Source: Parasitella parasitica NRRL 2501 (Eukaryota; Fungi; Mucoromycota). Taken from it: DNA of 32,410 nucleotides. Location: NCBI GenBank assembly GCA_025201805.1, contig MU619265.1, forward strand, positions 33,233 to 65,642. Reading direction: 5' to 3'. The position numbers were made by a program, and so were the translations under genes. The notes below the pieces were generated by a model, which saw only the letters and a program-made list of their open reading frames with translations, was not told where the DNA came from and ran no database searches. Of this stretch, positions 23,464 to 32,410 are shown in pieces. Every line of letters starts with the position of its first letter. Within the stretch, counting starts at the first letter, position 1.

Positions 23464-24837
23464 TTACGCAATTGTAGCAAGCGCTCTCTTTTTGCGTTGC
23501 AATGCCTCAATGGCTCTCTCTCGCCTCTTGTCATTCAGATTCTGCTGAAAATCAACAGCCGGCTTCTGCCTAAAGTAGGGCTAAAGTTGGATTGTGCGTG
23601 AGTACAAACGAGAGGAAAAAAAAAAAAAAAAAGAAGAAATTAGATTATAATTACCTGGCATCGCCATGCTGCATAGGTCCGTATTCCTGTTTCTGGATTC
23701 ACGTCAACAACATCCTTGGAAGAGCTCATTTCCTTTTGCAGCCTGTCTTTTAGCTCAAGCGTGATTTTCTCCATTTCTGGTATCGAACTGGATACTGCCA
23801 GTCTGTCCCGCAAGTCTGTGTGCACTGGCAAGCTGGCATGGAACAGCTTGAATAGATGGGCCTTTACAATCACAGGCCTGGTCAATGCATGATTGTCGCA
23901 AATGTGTAAATATTCTAATGCAACATCAAAAGTCAATGGTGGCATTTCGCTGTTTGTAAATATAGCAGGATTGTATAAATTATTCTCGGCACTCATTACT
24001 CCATCTGCTCCTGTCATGTCTAAACAATGCTGCACATCATCGTGATATAAGATATTGCCATTGGCTATCACTGGCACATTGGAGCAATGCTTCTTTACAG
24101 CTTTGATCTTGCTCCAGTCTGCTACTCCTGTATGATGACCTTTTTGTTCTCTTAGTCTTCCGTGTACTGTTAACAATTGTGCTCCAGCTTCGATCAACAT
24201 TTTTGCATAATTTACTGTTTTGGTCTCGCTCGAAAACACTCGAATTTTGGCTGTAACTGGCACATTCAAGTGATTGTCCAGTGTAGATATAAGCTTGTAA
24301 ATCAGTTCCCAGTCGTCCTGTAGAAACGATCCGTATCTGCCCTTCTTTGCAATGTACTGTGGACATCCTAGATTGAGATCAATGGCATCGCATTGGTCCT
24401 CGACCATTTTGGCAGCTTTTAACAGAGTGTCTGGGTCATTACCGCAAAACTAGAATAGACGAAAAAAAAAAAAAAAAAAAAAAAAAAGCTGTCAAATGTT
24501 GTCTGCTGTACGCACATCCATGCTCTATACAACTGCTTACCTGGACAATCAATGGCCGGTCTTGTGCATTGGTAGACCACTGATCATGGCGATACTTGCA
24601 TCCGTAAATAGGGTCGCTAAAGAGCTTGGAGTGAAACATGGGTGTGTAGCATAAATGAGCATTGTACCTTCTGCACAGAATTCGCCAGGCTAATTCCGAT
24701 TGCTCCACCATGGGGCCCACAATGTGTTTTGCCGATCCCAATGTTTTATGATAAAATTCGTATCCTTTTAATTTACTTCCTGCTGCTGTACTGTAATGCC
24801 GAGCATGATGTGCTAAATAATAGTGTCGACATATCAT
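23464..24837 (-). CDS. DUS1: tRNA-dihydrouridine synthase Dus1 family, 3 exons
   Basis: Exons 24837-24541, 24449-23655, 23580-23464: [84 protein letters not shown]. Confidence 0.93.
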
Positions 24838-25037
24838 TTATGAATTAATTAATATTACCCTTTCAAAGGGGCTGTTGTATATTATGATGTTTTTATAAGG
24901 AGAAACAAAGGAGGTACCTCCAAAGGCACTCATCGGGACAGATCGAAGCCACTCCTGGCTTCACTAGCAAAAGAGTCACCACAGTAAAGCGCATTTCTGC
25001 AGTGCTCCCTTTTTCTCCCATTATCAATAAACATACT

Positions 25038-27602
25038 ATGGACATAGCAAAGCAAGCAGAAAATCGCGTCAATATGGAGACATCCGAACAGGAGGACAAA
25101 CAGAAAGCAGAATCACCCTTAGCCCAAGAGGAGCAAGAAGGCCAAAAAACGATGCAAGCCTATGACGAACTGTTGGAAATTAAAGAGAAGGTTCAGATAA
25201 AGCCCCTTTTAACATGCCAAGAAGCATACTAAAACATTAGTCTGATTAGCTAGTCCAAGACAGCACACAGTATGAACTTCATGTTAAATACATTGAACTA
25301 CTAAACCAATTGGATTTGCAAGAGCAGCTGGAAGAAGCTCGTCTTGCAATGCATGACATTTACCCTTTGACAGAGAGGCTATGGCTGGATTGGATCAACG
25401 ATGCAAAAAAGGACACCAGTGTTGAAGGCCAAACCAAGTTACTTTCGCTATACAACCTTGCCGAGCAAGATTACCTGTGTAAGTACATTGTGTTTAAGGC
25501 AGCTGCTATGGTCTGACCCAAATAAAACGTAGCCATCAACATTTGGAAAGACTACGTTGACTTTGTACTAGACAAATTCCACGAATGCTTCAACCAAGAT
25601 ATCACCGTCCAGGACGAATCGGTTGCCGAGTTTATCGAACAGACACGTCAAGACCTCTTAAAGGCCGTACGTGCGACCAGTGCGCATGTTAAGCAAAGCC
25701 AACAAATCTGGAAGCCATACTCGGAATTCGAGCTTGAAATACTGCAGCAATTCAAGGATGCCGATCAATTGAATAGAGTACGAAAGATGTATTTGGATCG
25801 TCTTACAGTACTGCATATGGATTACGAAGACACATTTAATGCATATTCAACGTTCGTCTCCACATACGACAATAGCAACTATGAAGAGACCATGATCAAA
25901 GCCAACAAGATATATGCCAAAACCAAAAAGGCGGCAGAGGAGAGAGACTACTACGAAATGCAGCTCGAGTCTTTGGGATACTCGTTGGATGCCTTCAACC
26001 AGTACATTGACTACGAGAAACGCACAAAAGTCATGTTTTCCCTCGTCCATGTTCGATCGATTTATGAAAGAGCGATTGTGTATTATTGCACAGATCCTAG
26101 CTTATGGAATGACTACATTTTATTTTTGGTATGTGTCTGCCCGTGTGTGTGTGATGTCGATGGAAGCTAATTTTGGCACGACTAGATTGAGCGTGCTAGG
26201 GTGCAAGTGTTTTTGGAGGCAACCTGTTTGAGAGCCATAAGAAACTGTCCTTGGTCTGGTATTCTGTGGGCCCATCTAGCTCGATTGATGGAATCTGCGC
26301 AAAAGGAGGATGACCAGATAGATGGTAAAATCTTGGTCCAACTAAATATGCACAATGCTAATTATATAAAAACCAGATATTTTTGATCGAGCGTTATCAT
26401 CCAAACTCCTCCTGTCTAGCGTTGAAGATTTAGTAGCTCTTCTCCTGGCTAAATGCGATTACAAGAGAAGAAAGGTCGACTGGGAGGATGGTAAGCATAT
26501 CGAAGCCCTATGAATGAAAGCTGGACCATTGACCTTGTTCTATAGCGGATCTGGATGCAGTGATGGATTTGCGCGTAGCATTTGAAGAGAGTCTTCAGTA
26601 TATTTCAGAATGTAATAAGGACACTACAATTTCCGGCAACATAAACACTCGATCTAACTTTAATTTGTTTTTGTAATACAAAAAAAAATTTAACGTTTCC
26701 AGGTTCAGGAGACCCCTATTACCGCATTGAAAAGTACTATGCTTATATTTCACACAAGAGATTAGGTGATGCCGACAAGGCAAGAGAAATATGGCAAGAC
26801 GTCGTTGACCAACACGGCCTCAACACGGAAGCATGGATTGACTACATTTTATTCGAACAAGATCAAGGCAACAGAGAAAAATGCGAATCATTGTTCAAAC
26901 AGGCTATTCAAAAGAACATTGACAATCCTGCCAGATTAATCAGTGTCTGGTCTTTGGTTGAGCATGAAATCGGTACATTGGAGTCTTCCGAAACCTCACT
27001 TGTCAAGATCAACCAAAAGTCAAAGACACTATCAAGACAGTGGCAATATCAGGCCCAATCTAAACCCGCTGAACAACAAACTGTGGTGAATACAAAAGAA
27101 AAGAAGGAGATGGACAGAGTAAGTTGGTCCTGTGCAAAGCATTATGATGCTGACTGTGTTCTCTTTTTTGCTGCAGAAAAAGAAGAGCGCTCACAGATTA
27201 GCACAGAAACAAAGAATCAAGGACAAGAAGAAGGAGCACGCAATAAAGCAAGATGAGGTTCCTGTAGCCGAACCTTCCACAAGCCCAACTACTGCTCAAC
27301 TGGACAAGGCTCCTGAGCAAGAGCCAGCTCGCAAACGTAAATTTTCAGCAGATGAAAAAGCGGACGATGACAATGCGAAAAAGCACAAACCCAGCCAAGA
27401 GCGGCCCATTGCGCCATTCACTCCAAAGCCTCGATCTGTTAGACCAAATACAAGACGAGGAAAGTCTGTTAAACTGCCACAAAGGACCCTCAGTAGAAAC
27501 GATGTCCAAACTGTCAAAGATGATACCACCAACAATGATGATAATGCTCCTGAAAAAAGTAATGATGATTTCCGAGCAATGCTCCTTTCAAGCAAAAAAT
27601 AA
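25038..27602 (+). CDS. SART3/Prp24-like HAT-repeat U4/U6 recycling factor with C-terminal Lsm-interaction motif; no RRM visible
   Basis: YELHVKYIELL...ARLAMHDIYPLTERLWLDWIND, SIYERAI, RAIRNCPWSGILW, GDPYYRIEKY, EHEIGTLES, terminal KSNDDFRAMLL; about seven introns. Confidence 0.88.
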
Positions 27603-27722
27603 AACCGTATTTTGTTGACTGACATTTAATAAGAATGGGGGACACATACACCTGCTCTTTTTCACTTTACTCTCTTCCAACTAGTCGTGTTGTTTTTTCT
27701 TTTTGCATAATCACCATACGAA

Positions 27723-28058
27723 ATGTCTCATCAGCCGAACAAAAGAATAAAATGCATATTGGATGCGCATTATAGGATTCCTCCGCCTATTTTAATGATA
27801 CTGATGGGAAATGTCCCCCAAGCATCTAGCTCCATTGAAGATGTAACAGACGAGAGCGCAGAGGAATCCCAAACAACTAAGACTGCCAAAGAAGGTATGT
27901 ATGCGATTTATTCACAATGTTTACGTTGGCAGTACGCTCAAATAGTCTCTAACAACAAAGCGCTTGTAGATGATTGGAATAAAGTATTCAAAGACGAGGT
28001 AGATGAGGTAAAGGGCCATCTTGACTTTATAAACATTTGCACTCATACAGCAGGAAAC

Positions 28059-28113
<55 letters not shown>

Positions 28114-29900
28114 AACCGGTGCCATCGACTACTGATATTATAACACGCTCGCCTTCGCCAAATATACCGATCAGTGACAATTTCATAATATCAGCTTCGG
28201 CAGGAGGCAAGAGTCTAGTACTGGCATACAAAACAAAGTTTGTCATGGTTCAATTGAACAATGAAGGCGAATATTCTGCACTGGGCCAAGGCTCAGGATG
28301 TCAGCTGAACGAGGAAATTACTGCTGTACTGTGTTTGCCCCTGTTTGTACCATCGACCCGTCTAACGTAAGCCAAACGCACTGTTTTATACAAACTAAAC
28401 TATTGCTAACATGTTGCTTCGGTGGGTAGCCAAAACTACGTCATGTGTGGTTACAACACTGGATGGATCCGTGTATTTTCAGATGTAAGAGTAATGACAG
28501 GCGAGAGGTGCTGTACTAGCATACTCAACATTGCCTTTTTAGACTGGAGTGCTTCTGACAGAGCAGCAATTAGAAATTTCCTCCGTGTTAACCATGAAGA
28601 TCAGAACACCACCACCCATTTTTAGAGTGTCGAGTCAGCAATTTGTCACAGAGGATGAAGACATATCCATCTTGTTTGCGGGAAATCGTGTCGTCAGTAT
28701 TGACGGACAAAGTCTTTGGATGGTGTTGAGGGTATGTGATGGTCAAAGAGAGAGTGGCATTGATGCTTCTCGTATGCACACAGCATTTACCTACAAAAAA
28801 TGGGACCTCCAACATCAGGATCAAGTGCTGGATATTGCTAGTTTAGGTACTTGTAAGCTTCTCGCCAAACCTACGGCAAAACCAACATTCTACAAATAGG
28901 GCCTTCACCTTCACACTCACAAACACCTTATATGGATCCATCAACCACCATAGCAACATCGACGGTATTTCCTTCCAAGTCAGCTACATCAAGATATATT
29001 GGCGTGGGTGCACATCCTATGTTTGCTTACTATGCAACGTCAGAATCAAGTAGACCGCTCATGTCAGCAGCTTCCATGGCTAGCTATGTAGTATCTCGAG
29101 TAACGTCACCTGTATTTTCATTTGCTAAATCTTGGTGGGGGTCAACTAACAATAACAGCAACAACAGTAACAACAGCGACAATAAAAGATCCTCTAGTGG
29201 GGGGCCTACACCCTATGTGCCTGAAATGCGACGTCCACCAAGCCATATAGAGCCTGCCACACCCATCCCGGCCATCCTCTCCTCCAACGACACATACCGC
29301 AAAATCAACGCCATCAGTATCTGTCCACCATCTACAAGCGCACAAAGACAAACACTAGCAGCCACCTCAGATGCACTAGGCCGAGTGATTTTATGGGACG
29401 TTGTAGAAGGAGAAATGATTCGGATGTGGAAAGGAGTCCGCGATGCCGTATGCGGTTGGGTGGAAGCGTTTGAGCGAGATCTATTTGGAGGAGGAGACTC
29501 GACCAAGATTTTGCAATTTTTAGTCATGTACTCGTCAAAAAGAGGTTTCTTAAAAGTGTTCCAAATGAGGCATGGCAAGCAAGTGGGTGCTTACCATGTA
29601 GGATCAGGGTGGCAATTGGTGCCTTGCGCAAGAGAACCTCTGGGAAGTAGCATGGTCAATCCAAGCAGGAGAAAGAGCTCGGTCGATAAAAGTGAGTATG
29701 CTGGCCTTTCCAATTGTTTGCTCGTGGGCCCAGATGGTGAAGTGCGAAAGGTGAATATCATTTTAAAGGATGCTCATCATAAACAGTCTTCTTTGGCTGC
29801 CTCTGCTGCCCCTACTACTAGTGAAGGGCAATCAAAAAAAGTCGAGAAAGAGGACAACAAAGAACAAAAGACAGTCGACGATGATTTTTTGCATGGTTAA
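27723..29900 (+). CDS. Rab3GAP regulatory subunit (RAB3GAP2 N-terminal beta-propeller)-like protein, multi-exon
   Basis: EEITAVLCLPL, CGYNTGWIRVFSDTGVLLTEQ, YIGVGAHPMFAYY, and the family motif SDALGRVILWDV...IRMWKGVRDAVCGWV...FLVMYSSKRGFLKVFQMRHG. Confidence 0.88.
28061..28111 (+). repeat. A51 homopolymer at the 3' end of a predicted intron (28008-28112)
   Basis: Direct count. Donor GAG|GTAAAG and acceptor AAAG|GAA keep the frame. Confidence 0.85.
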
Positions 29901-30682
29901 ACACTTGGCATACACAACACATTCTACAAATAGTACCGTATAGACATATCAGAACAATAACCAATAATAGTAATACGATCATATATGTTATGATACCTGT
30001 ACTTTTAATATAAAGTCATTTCCAATGTAATAAGTTGCTCAAACTTTTTTGACAACGTGCTTTGCTGCAAATGTATGTTAATCACGATAATAGAAACTAG
30101 CAACGTTTATATGCAATTTCCATACTAACATTTTTGATTTCTGCTGGCAATAACAATACTGATATCACTGAAATCATTGATACAGATAATTTCGTCAGAT
30201 AGCACCAAGTCAATGCTATCTTTTTCGAGATAGATCTCGGTTCTACGGTTCTTTCAACAGAAATCATGACTAAATATCTCTTATGATTATTTGTGAATTT
30301 TTGTGAGTGCCAGAAAGGCATGAGGTTAAGCAACATTCCTCTTCTTAATTTTTTGTATACAATGTCAAATAATAAATTATTGAGGTACAGTATTAAGTGA
30401 TTATACTTTTTGGTTCATGTTGTGCCAGTGTAAAGGGCACAGAGAGATATTATTTGAAAAGAAGTAAATCAGACTCTCTCTGTATAAAATCAGATACAAA
30501 AGTGAAGACCTTTATTGACACAAGATATAATCTCTTTTTATACTAAAATTCAACCTAATCAATGTTTATCCACATGGTATCTGATGTTTGACAGGAGGCT
30601 TCAGTATTTCTAGGACCAGACTTAATCTTCTACAGTATTTTACAGAGAAGATGTGAGCAAAATGTCTCCCCGACATCCCGCG

Positions 30683-30895
30683 ATTGAACCGTATCGTGCG
30701 CTCTGGAAGGCACCTTTCATCACCGCCAATGGCTACTGTACTGCCTCTGATCAAGCGATTGAAATTGCAGAAAAGACTGGCTTTTATCTAGCGTCTTCGC
30801 CAAGGCCACGAATTGACATCATTTGATCACTCAACTTTTTACACTAATGATGCTTTTGGATACACAGACCATCCTTTCTACGACAAAACCAAGAA
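30683..30895 (+). pseudogene. Old Yellow Enzyme (NADH:flavin oxidoreductase) C-terminal pseudogene fragment
   Basis: IEPYRALWKAPFITANGY...AIEIAEKTG, then after a deletion RLRQGHELTSFDHSTFYTNDAFGYTDHPFY. This matches the OYE ending (YDRSTFY...GYTDYPF), but the GRxFIANPDL segment is missing. Eroded remnants may extend to about 30570. Confidence 0.8.
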
Positions 30896-31059
30896 GAACG
30901 AGACTATATGGCATGTATATTATGCCAAAAGAAACAAAGAGTATTTTTGTACGGTCTAAAATAATTGTATCCGGTAGAATTTATTTACGATTTATACATT
31001 TCAACTATCCGTTAAATGTTGAATCAAAACTTTACGCATACTTAAAAGCAGGATACAGA

Positions 31060-31620
31060 CTAGTAATTTCCACTCAAAATATCATCTACTCTCTTGACCT
31101 TGGCATAAGCAAATGTAATACCTGCTAAAAAGCTCTTCCACATAGTCTCTGCTGGAATAACTTCACCAAAAATTTCCTGATCCATAGTATTGACAGCCTC
31201 AGCCACAACAATAGTCTTGAAACCCTCGTCAGTCGCAGAATAAGATGTGGCATTTACACAGTTGTGTATCATCATGCCCACAACAATGACTGTATCAATT
31301 TGTTTGCTCAAAAGATACTCCTTCAGATCGGTAGCAATGAAGCCATCAGAATGACTCTTGAAGATAACCTTTTCAGAAGCTAGTGGTTTGACTGTTTCGT
31401 GAAACTCTGCACCTGGAGTACCCTTTCTCAGGATAGGCAAGACCTTTTCCATTTCAGGTGTTATATGATGGCCAACGTGGATGACTTCTTTGCCATCGTG
31501 TCTAAACTTGTCCAAAATCTTCTTGATCTCATTAGCAGTTTCTTCAGGCCTCCAAGTAGGCAAATTTCCACCGGGAAAATAGTCATTTTGAACGTCAACG
31601 ATAATAAGAGCTTCCTTCAT
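31060..31620 (-). CDS. Isochorismatase-like cysteine hydrolase, intronless, 186 aa
   Basis: MKEALIIVDVQNDYFPGG, GTPGAEFH, KVIFKSHSDGFIATDL, VVGMMIHNCV (Asp-Lys-Cys triad). The ORF-track extension to 31761 is probably not coding. Confidence 0.93.
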   Translation of the reverse strand: MKEALIIVDVQNDYFPGGNLPTWRPEETANEIKKILDKFRHDGKEVIHVGHHITPEMEKVLPILRKGTPGAEFHETVKPLASEKVIFKSHSDGFIATDLKEYLLSKQIDTVIVVGMMIHNCVNATSYSATDEGFKTIVVAEAVNTMDQEIFGEVIPAETMWKSFLAGITFAYAKVKRVDDILSGNY

Positions 31621-32024
31621 TTTAAAAGATGAATTGTGTTTGTTAATAATATTAATACTTTGTAAGTCTCTACGTGAAAGCTTATATACGTTTCGGTTAG
31701 TACCACGGTTTCTGATTGCCCAATAATCTTTTCTGCCAGCATTGCTTCCATAACACCCCATTCGCTAAATTTTCTAGACATTGTTTCATTGAACTGAGGT
31801 GAGAAAGAGCTTTTTAATTAATAATCTGGCATTACAAGCAGAAACATCAAACCCAAAGGTTCAACTTTCTGGTAAATATTAATTGGATGATTTAGATCAA
31901 TGGGAGACTTGTATTCGCAACGAATGGTACGCAATACTTCATTTATTTTAGGCTTTAGTCGAAAGTATGAGCTCTCGATGCAAGGCTGTTATTGAGGCTA
32001 ATGGTGGCAATACCAAATATTTAA

Positions 32025-32335
32025 TTTTAAACTTGCTTTGCTACAGTTGACGAAACTAGGTTGGGCCAATGAAAATAAATTTTGGTCATTTCCAAATTGA
32101 GTTGGGACACGATTACAAAAATGGGTCACCAATACGAAAATGGGACAACAAGATGAAAATGGGACAAGAGTACGAACATGGAGATAATGTTAGTATCTTT
32201 CAGAAGAGTCAGAATTGTTACAGCTTCTTACCTGCAATATCTTTAAGTTGCTGACTCATCGGAGTGAGCAGCAACAACCACATTGGAGGTGGCGGTAGGT
32301 CTTTTGAAGACCTGGGGGCGGCCATTTCCACACCA
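32025..32335 (-). ncRNA. Candidate Fanzor omegaRNA precursor (scaffold overlapping the ORF end, putative intron 32231-32056, flank-derived guide)
   Basis: Three consecutive hairpins at 32313-32297, 32293-32277 and 32275-32247 in the position expected for a TnpB/Fanzor omegaRNA. Boundaries are estimates. Confidence 0.55.
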
Positions 32336-32410
32336 AATTGATGTGGCAATGGTGAGCATGTTCTTCGAGGCCATGGCATCGCGATTCCAGTAAATATTGC
32401 AAGTTTTACA
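32044..32410 (-). mobile_element. 3' end of a Fanzor-carrying Tc1/mariner-type DNA transposon (continues beyond the window)
   Basis: TA at 32042-32043 followed by CAGTTGACGAAACTAGG, the TA|CAGT signature of Tc1/mariner ends; five subterminal TGGG(A/T/C)CA direct repeats between about 32061 and 32167; Fanzor ORF 200 bp inside. The other end is not in the window. Confidence 0.75.
32243..32410 (-). CDS. Fanzor (eukaryotic TnpB/Cas12 relative; likely Fanzor1) RNA-guided endonuclease, C-terminal 55 aa, 5'-partial
   Basis: Manual translation CKTCNIYWNRDAMASKNMLTIATSIWCGNGRPQVFKRPTATSNVVVAAHSDESAT*: second zinc-ribbon CxxC, WNRD RuvC-III catalytic Asp with A-x-x-N, and the RP..F.R tail typical of Fanzors. 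Not in the ORF track. Confidence 0.87.
   Translation of the reverse strand, partial: CKTCNIYWNRDAMASKNMLTIATSIWCGNGRPQVFKRPTATSNVVVAAHSDESAT

Noticed and set aside
24760-24768. GTATCCTT matching a U12-type 5' splice site (also ATATCCTT near 14046)
   Set aside because: On the non-coding strand, within DUS1 and RPS5 exons respectively.
30097-30336. 79-aa minus-strand ORF
   Set aside because: Non-ATG start, AT-rich, no motif.
31621-31761. N-terminal extension of the isochorismatase ORF
   Set aside because: Non-ATG start and no similarity; the family fold begins at MKEALII (31620).
32041-32043. TAG formed by the TA duplication plus a flanking G as the intron acceptor
   Set aside because: It depends on this insertion site, and an element-encoded CTAG comes first; kept only as a possible minor alternative.
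32100-32170. AAAATGGGAC repeats as a mini-CRISPR array
   Set aside because: Repeats and spacers are far too short (period about 18-19 bp) and the context is eukaryotic; better explained as subterminal transposase-binding sites.
32069-32254. 61-aa plus-strand ORF from the ORF track
   Set aside because: Runs through terminal repeats antisense to Fanzor; no protein features.

Overview
Gene-dense, AT-rich eukaryotic DNA with short introns (mostly 45-105 nt). Gene content and transposon types point to an early-diverging fungus, probably Mucorales (inference). Left to right: the 3' part of a large Ser/Thr-rich protein with ten Cys-x19/20-Cys repeats; an Rsm1/NIPA(ZC3HC1)-family zinc-finger gene; a transposon graveyard (two inverted, decayed Tc1/IS630 transposase pieces around a Dada-like transposase pseudogene and a small palindrome); FAN1; RPS5; an intronless GST; GAA1; a SAM methyltransferase; DUS1 with an apparent mitochondrial presequence; an RRM-less SART3/Prp24-like gene; a RAB3GAP2-like gene; an Old Yellow Enzyme pseudogene fragment; and an intronless isochorismatase. 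The last ~370 bp, missed by the ORF track, are the most interesting. They hold the C-terminus of a Fanzor/TnpB RNA-guided nuclease on the minus strand, overlapped by three hairpins (candidate omegaRNA scaffold), inside a Tc1/mariner-type end (TA|CAGTTG). Between the scaffold and the element terminus lies an apparent spliceosomal intron (CAG|GTAAG, TACTAAC, ~130 nt without AG, CTAG). Its removal would excise most of the terminal-repeat region and join the scaffold to the last 12 nt of the element and the flank-derived guide, which suggests a spliceosome-matured guide RNA.
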